A DNA stretch of 64,000 nt from Somniosus microcephalus (Eukaryota). Every line of letters starts with the position of its first letter. Positions within the stretch are counted from its first letter, which is position 1. The stretch is from positions 62,620,001-62,684,000 of the forward strand of contig CM126222.1 in assembly GCA_052327205.1 (NCBI GenBank), written 5' to 3'. Both the position numbers and the translations under genes were made by a program. Of this stretch, positions 24,951-34,790 are shown piece after piece. The notes beneath the pieces were generated by a model that was given only the letters and a program-made list of their open reading frames with translations, had not been told where the DNA came from and did not search any database.

Positions 24951-25745
24951 ACCTCTTCTGACTATTTGGAGTGAAAAGTTATGGGTTCAAGTTCGACTCC
25001 AGGACACAATGGCATAATCTAGGGCAAACCAAATAGATGTTGCAAGGAGGAACTTTCGGGCTTTCCAGTTGGATGAACTATGGTCTCTCATATGTAGTGA
25101 TCCAGTGACACTAAGTAAATGTTGATATCCTTTCATAAATAAAATGCCAGTTTGTATTCAGATCATTCTCAAAAACAAACAAATTGAAATACTTTTATAG
25201 GCAGAGGCATAGTTTGACTTCTCCAGAAAAAAAATCTTTTGGAACTTTTGCATAAATAAAAATGACCACAGGTGTGTAATCAGCAGTCTGTCACACTTGA
25301 AATATTAAAGAAATAAACACATTTTCTTCATAAAATTTCCCTCAATGTGAAGCATAGTGCTGTTTTTTCTTTAAACAGGTATGCTTACTCACACAAACAC
25401 GTGGACAGCTCCTCCGTTTTAAAAAAGCACAATATTAACTTCACTTCAATAAAACTTCTGAAATTTGTACGCAAGCTTTTCTTTAAATAATTCTGAAAAA
25501 CCACCAGACACTGGGAAAGCTCAGAGTAAAGAGGGACACGCACAAAAAAGGGGAAAGGAAGGAAGGAGGCGAAGAGAGGGGAAGAGGCAGTAAATCTCAA
25601 TCTTAGCGATGAAGAAATCCATAAGCTCTTTGCATTTGGTGCTAAAATTACTGTTGGTAGGTCATCCACAAAGTGACTTATTCTAATGCCACTGGTTTCT
25701 GCTCTTCAGTCTTCAACAATGTGCAACTAAAACCCACTTGCTTAC

Positions 25746-25902
25746 ATGTTGATCCATTGCTGAAGAGTATCTCTCAGGTAATCACGGTTTATTGGATGAG
25801 CAAGGGTCCTCAGAGATGGCTGAAAATCCACAATAGAAGGTGGCAAATATTTGAACCAGGTCTCAGATTTCATCTCCTCTTTTAACACTGTGATTCCTTT
25901 AT
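25746..25902 (-). CDS. COG1: COG1 exon 5 (not in ORF track)
   Basis: ttgcag|AT acceptor and AT|gtaag donor; DKGITVLKEEMKSETWFKYLPPSIVDFQPSLRTLAHPINRDYLRDTLQQWINM; 157 nt. Confidence 0.94.
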
Positions 25903-26218
25903 CTGCAAACATTAAGCAAAGATGTGTTTAGTTGCCTTGGCCCATATTGTGAACACAGCCAAAAATTCTCACCAATATTTGCAAATATGCACTCTGGCTG
26001 ACATTGCATTCAAAACCACAGCTCCTCACAATTGGAATTTTCGACATGACACAATCTGATGCTGTTTTTATACACCAGTACTTTCATCAGCGTAGCGTGA
26101 GCAATCAGTTCCAAGTTAAGCAAGCAAAAAGGGTAAGATCTAGAATCACTTCTGTAGGCATGTTACATCTTTAAGAACAAATTTTAATAGCAACTGACAT
26201 TAATAGATCCGCACATAC

Positions 26219-26389
26219 CTGCTGGGGACTCACTTGTGATGGATTCCAAGGTAGTGAAGAGAAGGCCACAGGTTAGTGCAGTGTCTGGCACTTTCCCTTG
26301 AGTCGGTGTGTAAAACACAGCTTGAGCCTGATACATTGTGGTGGCTAACAGCTCAACCAGTGAACACACCTGTGCCTTAATACCAGCAC
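26219..26389 (-). CDS. COG1: COG1 exon 4
   Basis: ctttag|GT acceptor and CAG|gtatgt donor; GAGIKAQVCSLVELLATTMYQAQAVFY...ESPA; 171 nt. Confidence 0.95.
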
Positions 26390-26612
26390 CTAAAGACAGA
26401 ACACTAATTAACTTCTGCAAGGTTCAAAAAATGTGACTTAGCTCTCAATCCTTGAAAGTACCATTAAAAGGTAAACCCAAATTCTCAATCCATTACCATC
26501 AACCTCAGTCCTTGGTCACAATAATAGACAGTTTCTCTTTTCATTTATTCAAAGGCTAGATTCAAACACTTACTCCTTTTTCTACAGAAACGGGACCAAG
26601 ACTGGTACTCAC

Positions 26613-26794
26613 CATGGTGGGGTTGGTTAAGTAACTGCTGAATCGCTGATTTCCTTGCCAGAAGAAAATCAGCGAGAGCTTGGCGTGGTGAGCTGTCTTC
26701 CAGGAGCATTATGGAACAGAGAGCCTCCGCAATAGCTTGGTCCGATACTGCCCGGCCCTTCAGAAGGATTTTACTCTCCTGTAAAATGGATGCT
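26613..26794 (-). CDS. COG1: COG1 exon 3 (not in ORF track)
   Basis: atttag|A acceptor and G|gtgagt donor; ASILQESKILLKGRAVSDQAIAEALCSIMLLEDSSPRQALADFLLARKSAIQQLLNQPHH; 182 nt, phase fits both neighbours. Confidence 0.95.
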
Positions 26795-28679
26795 CTAAAT
26801 TAAAAAAAACAGATGGACTTAGAAACTGTATTCGTCCCATTCCAGAACAAAATGAAGCTTTCACTTCACAGATAATTAACTTTGACACAATAGCCCTCAC
26901 CAAAAACACAGATTTCATTCTTTAGGACTTAGAGTAAGACCAAGAATAAGTTCTTCCCACAAAGCGGAAGAACCACCAATGAAATACTGTATAGTACATG
27001 TAAAAACTGTTAGACAGCGCTCATTTCTGATCATGTAATAGAAAAGACAGGAATATTTTCACTTTGCATCCAATAATTACAAACTATTTCAAGTCCCATG
27101 TGTGTCATATACAAACTACAGCTCTCCTACATTCGTCACTCACTGCACTTTTAACCCCACCTTCAGAAGTGCGAAATCGCCGACTGCCGTTTCATACCAA
27201 CAATCTTTATCTGTGATCACTCTGACTGAGACTGTTAAATTCATACCAACTACAAGTGATTCGGAAGGCAGTTTTAAATCCAAAAGGAACTGAATTCATT
27301 TTTTTTTTATTCAACAAAGCTGCAATGTTGCTGCAGAATTGGTAAGCTTTTGTGCAAACACATGCAATTACTAAACGATCACACTGAAAGGTGCAAATAT
27401 ACTTCACATCCAGTCCTGTACAGTGGGACACGCTAACTGGGGGATGGCAAAAAGGTTTTTGTCTGATACCAAGTGGATTGTATAGCCTGAGTGAACCTCA
27501 TTAAGCATCCTACTATGGATGTGTGGTTGATGGAGAGACAACCCCACCAACTGGATCAGCTAAGGAAGAATTTCAAGTGTGGCAGTGGGAATGGGGACCA
27601 ATATGCCTCTGGTTATCCCAAGAACCCTGTAACCTGATAAATTTTAATATAGAGAAGGATCATAAATTCTCTGTGCAATCTATTCCATGATCTAGCATTT
27701 GGAAAGAGATAGCCATGCCTGTTGACAGCACAATTTCTGCACGCAGGTTGAATATTTACATTATAGCTATATTTGCAGCCTTCAGGCTATCTTCACATCT
27801 CTAACCGTTCATAAAGCCTCTGACAGTCCTGACACCAGGTAGTGAATGGAGCCATACCCATTATCAGCTAAGATCTACTTCTACAGAAACATGGTTCATA
27901 ATCCAAACATGGGTTAGTCATTTTTTTTTATAATTGGGGATTGTAATTAACACCCTCCAGGTCTGTTGGACGTAGTGACTCCCCAAAGAAAGGAAAGCTT
28001 TCTTGGCAATTATTTATCATCTATATCTGATGTTTTTGTTTTTAACCTATCGCTAAAATCCCAGCAACAAATTTGATCATCTAAACCGAGGTATATAACT
28101 CTGATCAGTATTGACAAACAGGGAAGCATAAAGAAACAAATCAACAAAGCTGTACATTTTGTTGTAAAATGTTAAGTTAGTTCATTGTCTAATCAGAAGT
28201 AACATCTACTTAGATTCAAGGTGGGCTAATTTTCCCAATTCCCTGAAAGCATTCAACAAAGTACTATCTGGCACATCTGACCTACATCCTTTTGTCGGTA
28301 TCTTGAAAAGGTTGCCAAACGTGATATTTGGCATTAACACGGAGCAAAAAGGAACCTGCTGCCTCGAGCTGGCACCCCACCGATCATTCAAAAGAACCAA
28401 TCCAAAGATTAATTTGGGATCAGAATAGCTAGGTCCTATCTAATACTGCAATGTACTACATCCTCTCAAACAAGTTACAGATTGGCCCTGTCTCACTGTC
28501 CTGGTTTACTTTAGAAGTGGCAAATAAGCAAAATGCTTTGGTAAATGGAAAAGTTCAGATGAGCAAGGAGATAGAAAAGCCTACCTCAATTATGAATTTT
28601 TAGTATAAAATTAAGACAGTCATCAAGAATAATGTCACATTAGAGTGGTGGATCATAACAACAACAACTTGCTTTTATG

Positions 28680-29120
28680 CCAGACGGATTCCTGGGATGG
28701 CAGGACTGTCCTTTAGGAGAGATTGGGTCGACTAGGCCTGTATTCACTAGAGTTTAGAAGAATGAGAGGGGATCTCATTGAAACGTATAAAATTCGGACA
28801 GTGCTAGACAGACTGGATGCAGGGAGGATGTTTCCCCTGGCTGGGGGGTCTAGAACGAGGGGTCACAGTCTCAGGATACGGGGTAGGACATTGAGGACTG
28901 AGAAGAGGAGAAATTTCTTCACTCAGAGGGTGGTGAACCTGTGGAATTCTCTACCACAGAAGGCTGTGGAGACCAAGTCACTGAATATATTTAAGGAGAT
29001 AGATAGATTTCTAGACACAAAAGGCATCAAGGGGTATGGGGAGAGAGCGGGAATATGGTATTGAGATAGAGGATCAGCCATGATCATATTGAATGGCGGA
29101 GCAGGCTCGAAGGGCCGAAT
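28680..29120 (+). mobile_element. CR1 LINE 3' end inserted in an L2 tail (28655-28680 and 29125-29425, minus)
   Basis: LGLYSLEFRRMRGDLIETYK..RNFFTQRVVNLWNSLP; the L2 tail resumes after it. Confidence 0.88.
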
Positions 29121-29719
29121 GTTTCTATATAGCACCTTTAACATAGTAAAACGCCCCAAGGCACTTCACAGGAACATTATCAAACAAAATTTGACACCGC
29201 GCCACATAAGGAAATATTAGGGCAGAGTGGTAGGTTTTAAAGAGCATCTTAAAAGGAGAAAAGAGAGGTAGAGAGACGGAGAGACTTAGGGAGGGAATTC
29301 CAGAGCAGCTGAAGGCACAGCCACCAATGGTGGAGCGATTACAATCTGGGCGGCTCAAAGAGGCCAAAATTCGAGGAGCGCAAAGATCTGAGAGGGTTGT
29401 AGGATGTTACAGAGATAGAGAGGTTTGATCCATCATTCTGCTAAGCTTACAGCTGGTGGATGTCATCAAAAGTGAAGCTGTTCTTTTTGTTCAGAGCAGT
29501 TAACTCATTGTCTGAAAGAGAAGCAACCAAAACACTACAAACACTGCAAGTATATTAAGGAACTGCACACTTTGTGGGCAAATTACATTATCTTCAATGC
29601 TACACAATTCGGTTGAAAACTGTGGTAGTGGATTGCACAACCACCTCTCCACAAGGGTACCATGCTCACTTCAGTTACAAATATCTAACTATTGATAGGT
29701 GATTACATTTGAAACACAT

Positions 29720-29826
29720 TGAGGTAGATTTTCGAATTGTTGCTCCGGTGTAAAACTGATGTTGTGGATCAGCCGCCCATTGTAGAAATGGATGGCTGAC
29801 CAGCAACACTAGTTTTACACGCGGCA
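29720..29826. repeat. Palindromic mini-MITE
   Basis: Arms ggtagattttc/gaagatatacc, gtgtaaaact/agttttacac, tcagcc/ggctga, ccatt/aatgg. Confidence 0.6.
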
Positions 29827-30586
29827 AGTTGAAGATATACCCCACCAGGTAAAACAGTTGATGAAGTGATTATGAAAACTGGTATATGTCTGGAAGTTCT
29901 TAAGTAAACTACTTTTCAGAGTCAGTGACTCAATATCTACTCAAGTGATGGAAGGCAGGCAGCCTTCTACAAGATCATAACCAGAGCAGTACCACAAGAG
30001 TTGCTGCTGTGTAAATTGGTTCTTCAGTTTGTATTAGCAACACAAGGAGTTTTAAGAGCCACAGCTACATCCCAGTATTCTGTATTAACTAGTGATGAAT
30101 CTCAACATCGTGTCTCCTGTTTTGTAGAAGTGTTTCCTAGCTTGCGCAATGTCTGAAACTCCATTGATCAAGAAATTCAAATACAACATTTACCACTGTC
30201 CTTTCAACAAGATCACTGGAACAGACGCACACCCATGGGAAAGCTCAGACTTGCCCACTGGCACACCAGTAAACATTTTCTCGTTTTTTGTATGTTCTCC
30301 AGAATGATCAATGTTAATTTCGAAACAGCTGCCCTTTGTTTCCATTTCACTCAATATACAAAAGTTAACAAGTCTGACTTAAAACTATGATAATCTTCAG
30401 AGAGGCAATTTCACAGGTATAGAGTCAAAACTAGAAACCATGTGTGAAAGGTGATTTTAAAACATTGTGACACTGCTACGCAAGCCTCCAAAATTGGTAT
30501 TAAAATAATGCATAAGGTGCCAGTGGTATTTGACTGCTGGATGAAGTGAGAAGAGTAAAAGTTATTTTCATTCATGACTAACTAAC

Positions 30587-30831
30587 CTGAAATGACCTGC
30601 TGCTGCTACTTGTCGAACAAGGATGGGAAAGCGTGCCAGGACAGGACTGTAATGGGAACCGGAGGAGTCCAACTGGAGGATACTATGAATGTGACAGCAC
30701 AGCAGATACATCTGAGTAGCATGGAGATACTGAGATGATTCTAAGGCACTCCAAATCTTCTCTGGCATATTCAGAAGGAGTTTGATCTGTGCTGCCATAC
30801 TGTAGAACTTCTCCTGGGACTGCTGCTGAGC
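30587..30831 (-). CDS. COG1: COG1 exon 2
   Basis: cttcag|GCT acceptor and AG|gttagt donor; AQQQSQEKFYSMAAQIKLLLNMPEKIWSALE...RQVAAAGHFR; 245 nt. Confidence 0.95.
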
Positions 30832-30929
30832 CTGAAGCAGAAATATAAAATCACTGTCTGCATTGCACATTACTGTTACTCACATGTCAGTAACACAGTT
30901 TAAAGATCAAGTTTGCCAGGATCATTATA

Positions 30930-31100
30930 ATCACACAGAATCACAGAAACCCCACAGTGCAGATAGAGGCCATCTTGGCCCATCGAGCCTGCACCGACAC
31001 ATATCCCACCCTATCCCCGTAACCCCACGTATTTAATCCCCCTAACACTAAGGGTCAGTTTATCATAGCCAATCAACCTAACCCGCACATCTTTGGACTT
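30930..31100 (-). mobile_element. HE1-like SINE 3' half
   Basis: Reverse complement of ~11445-11650. Confidence 0.85.
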
Positions 31101-31129
31101 TTACCTTTACAGATGCTGCTGTGCTTGGT

Positions 31130-32810
31130 TCTACTTGTCCCATAGTCAGAACACTGCCTGAATTTGCTTTTCATTCTCCCACAATTGCTTTTAGTGGCCC
31201 AAGGCTCCACCTCTGGCTCCCTTCCTAACCTCAGCTACAAGCTGTCCCTCTGCAGCGTTATTCATAGGCATGGAGTCAGCTTCCATATGCCACCACTGTG
31301 TTATCTGCTGTCTTTTCCCAAATCAAGTCGTAGATGGTCCACAATTTCTCCAATTTAGTTTTGAAAAACCGCCGCCACCCTGCTCCAAAATGTGCATCTT
31401 AGCCCCCAAATTCACCCCTTCCCTGGGTGCTTAAGACTGAACCCAACGGTATGCAACATCGGTGACCTATTTCATGAATGAGCTTCAAACCATATACAAT
31501 GGCAGTGCAAGATGGCTACCAGGCTGACCACTAGGTTCCTCGCCTTTGCAATCTGATCCATTGCCATTCCTAGTCCTGAACCATGCCTCCCACCCCAACA
31601 GCTGCTGAACTTCCGACTTCATATCCACTCTATCACAAAGACTACCTATTTCACCTCCATACCATCACCCACTTCTGCCCCAAACTCATCCCATCTGCTC
31701 CCGAAATCTTCATCCATGTCTCTATTCCATCCAGACTCAACTGTTCCAAAGCTTTCTTAGCCAGTTTATCATTCTGCAACCTCTACATAAACATCAACTC
31801 ATCCAAAACTCTGCTGCCCAGACCCTACCCTACACAATGTCCTCCAACACATCAAATTTTAAATTCTCACCCTCGTGTTTAAATTCCTCTAAGGCCTCAC
31901 CCCTCCCTATCGCTAACTTTTTCCAGCCCTACAACACCCCTTTATGAAATCTCAATTCCTTTGATGTCAGCTTCTTGAGCATCCCCCTTCCCTTCACCCC
32001 ACTATTGATGGCCATGCCTTCAGCTGCCTAAGCAACACTCTGGAGTTCTCTTCCTATATCAACATAACAAAAAAACGATTATCTGGTCATCACATTGCTG
32101 TTTGTGGAAGCTTGCCGAGCGCAAATTGGCTGCCGCGTTTCCTACATTACAACAGTGACTACACTTCAAAAAGTACTTAATAGGCTGTAAAAGCACTTTG
32201 GGACGTCCAGTGGTCGTGAAAGGCGCTATATAAATGCAAGTCTTTCTTTCTGAACCCCTCCACCTCTTTGCCAAAGCATTTAGTCACTGCTCCTACTACT
32301 TCCTTATTTGGTGCAGCATCCATTTTTTGATTACACCTCTTGGATTTTTCTACATTAAAAAGTGCTGTATAAATGCAACTTCATGTACTCAAAGACTGAC
32401 TATTTCCACTTCAAACATCATCTACCTCTGCCCATACCATCTGCTCAAATCCACATCAATGCCAGTCATCTCGAAGATCCACTTTGCCAATCCTTTGAGG
32501 ATCGCTCTACATAAACTCAAACTTACCTAAACCACTGCTGCCTGCATCCTAACCCATACTAAGTCCCACGCATCTGTCACCCATCTCACTTTCAACATTC
32601 TTGATCCTATACACTGGAATTCACTCCCTAAATTCCACTCCCATTGGTATATCTTGTCGTACTTTCAAAAGCCTCCTCAAAACCAAAATGCTTTGGCCAC
32701 ATATTCGGTCACCTCCCCTGACTACTTACTACTAATGCTGGCGACTGGTTTCTTGTTCAGTACGAGATGTTTACTATTTCATAAAAAGGTACCACATTAA
32801 TGCAAATTGC
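31130..32810 (+). mobile_element. L2-type LINE fragments with an inserted Deu-SINE 3' half (32058-32250)
   Basis: EIFIHVSIPSRLNCSKAFLASL resembles L2 LIHAFVTSRLDYSNALL; the SINE part matches 49651-49840 in reverse. Confidence 0.65.
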
Positions 32811-33180
32811 AAACGCTGGACGAGATGGGTCTTTGTAATGTCATAATAAAACACTGAACTGAAAACATGTTCATTAAAAATTGATAACATGTACAAAAAA
32901 AACTGAAATTAAATACCCTATGCAGACAATTAATTATAAGCTTAGTACTGATTTAGAAACCAGTCGAAATTCCACCTGAAAGATTTCATACAGAAGAGAC
33001 CAGTGGGATGGGGAGCGCCAAAACGCAACAGAAAAATAAACGACAATAATGTATGGCACAGTGCTACAAGAGTAGTTTTTTCCCCCTCCCTTAGGCTTCT
33101 GTGAAGCGCTTTGGGACATTGGGCACTGTATTAACGCCGGGTGCTCTGCAGACACGGGCGAGCGCTGGGGGGTCACACAC

Positions 33181-33492
33181 CTGGTTGCGCTGGGCGGTGA
33201 AAGTCGCTGCTTTGCCGGCGGCCGGTTTGATTCTGGTGCAGTACTCGTACATATCCTGCACCGAGCTGACCACTTTCTCGGAGCACAGCCGCATCTCGGT
33301 GATGGTGTCGGCCGCCTCGATCAGGTCGCGGTACCGCTCGCCCACCATCTGGCGCAGCTCCTCCTTCTTCTGCTCGATGTCGCCGCGGACCCGGCGTTCC
33401 ACCTGCCGGATCTCCTCCGTGCTGTAGCGCTCGAAAAGGGACACGGTGTCCTGGATGTCGCTGACGCGGAGGCTGCTGGCGGAGACGGCCAT
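33181..33492 (-). CDS. COG1: COG1 (conserved oligomeric Golgi complex subunit 1) coding exon 1
   Basis: ATG in a strong Kozak context (ACCATGG) at 33492. Encodes MAVSASSLRVSDIQD...LFERYSTEEIRQVERRVRGDIEQKKEELRQMVGERYRDLIEAADTI, the Vps51/COG1 N-terminal motif. Donor CAG|GTGTGT; 312 nt, phase 0. Confidence 0.96.
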
Positions 33493-33829
33493 GGTCCTCG
33501 GGGCGGGAGGGGAAATGGTCGCCGCTCCGGGCAGAAAGTGACCGTCGGACCAGACCTCAAAACAACCAACCTCCCGATTTAAAAAAAAAACACAAGACGA
33601 TTGTGAATGAAACAATGGTGAAAGCTTGAAGTCACTGTTTTTTTTCCCCCCCCCTTCACCCGTAATTCTCTCTTGATCAGAAAGACGTGGCCCTGAAGAA
33701 AAATGAGAGGGCGGGTTGGGCATAATACGCATGCGCGCGGGCTTGAACCCGCCCAGTCCCGACGCATGCGCAAATGTAGCTGTATGCTTGCGCCTGCGCG
33801 GACATGATTCCTCCCCCCCCCTTCTCGCT

Positions 33830-33961
33830 TCGGAAGGGGGCGGGGCAGCTGCTCGAGCGGAAGTTCACAGGTGAGCTGAGCGGCGTGATAGCTCTCCACC
33901 CTCGGCTGTAATGCGGGAGTGAAGCGCTGGAGGAGGCGGCGATACTCAAACTGCACGTTCG
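33830..33961 (+). other. CANT1: Putative CANT1 non-coding first exon (alternative donors after 33870 and 33961); 5' end unknown
   Basis: Plus-strand donors CAG|GTGAGC and TCG|GTAAGC inside the island. The CANT1 ATG exon starts at a splice acceptor (47864), so an upstream non-coding exon is required. Confidence 0.55.
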
Positions 33962-34430
33962 GTAAGCGTTATCGGCTCTTTAATGGCTGTCCCGATTCCG
34001 GTGTTGGTCGGTGCCTGCACACGGCGAGGCGAAGAACCCGAGTCACCGGCCCCAGCCGCCCCCCCCGGCGTTACCAGGGCAATGCGGTGCGTGTGGCGCC
34101 TGCCCCCCATGCCCCGGGGCGCCGCTTGCTCTGCACAAGAAATGTCTGGGACTAGTAGGAAGTTCAGCTGCAAAAAGAATATCCGTGGTCTCGCCCTGAT
34201 CCTGTACCACTGCTGCATAGAGGCCGAGTTAATTCTTTTAAAAAAGAGTACGAGGTGATCGATAAAAGCAGGGAAAATGCGATTGTCAAACTCATTAATA
34301 CACCCTGCAAATCGATGTCACCTGTTACAATGTGTGTCATAGTTTTGTACCCAGTCTTAACTGCTCGATTTCCCCATACGCTGCAGTCTTTATGCAACTA
34401 TACCCTTTCGTTTTGCATGTACAGTAGTAC

Positions 34431-34790
34431 ATAGAAACATAGAAGATAGGAGCAGGAGTAGGCCATTCGGCCCTTCGAGCCTGCTCCGCCATTCAACGAG
34501 ATCATGGCTGATCATCCAAACCCTAGCACCCGGTCCCTACACCGACAGCCATCCCACCCAAGCCCTATCCCCGTAACCCCAGGTATTTAATCCCCCCTAA
34601 CACTAAGGGCCAATTTTTATCATGGCCAATCAACCTAACCCGCACATCTTTGGACTGTGGGAGGAAACCGGAGCACCCGGAGGAAACCCACGCAAACACG
34701 GGGAGAATGTGCAAACTCCACACAGACAGTCACCCGAGGCCGGATTTGAACCCGGGTCCCTGGCACTGTGAGGCAACAGTGCTAACCAGT
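34431..34790 (-). mobile_element. HE1-like V-SINE carrying the dominant CR1 3' tail
   Basis: tRNA head and V-domain as in the 11298 copy, followed by gatcagccatgatc..gaatggcggagcaggctcgaagggccgaatggcctactcctgctcctat and ttctatg repeats. Confidence 0.8.

Larger units (their letters stand above)
33150..34200. promoter_or_regulatory. CpG island / bidirectional promoter shared by COG1 (-) and CANT1 (+)
   Basis: GC- and CpG-rich against an AT-rich background. NRF1-like GCATGCGC at ~33728-33736 and ~33763-33772, TGCGCCTGCGC at ~33790-33800, ETS/GABP CGGAAG at 33831 and GCGGAAGT at 33857, GC boxes at ~33710 and ~33838. Confidence 0.85.

Noticed and set aside
33493-33732. N-terminal extension of the 213-aa ORF upstream of the COG1 ATG
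   Set aside because: COG1 similarity starts at the Kozak ATG at 33492; the extension runs through promoter and homopolymer sequence.
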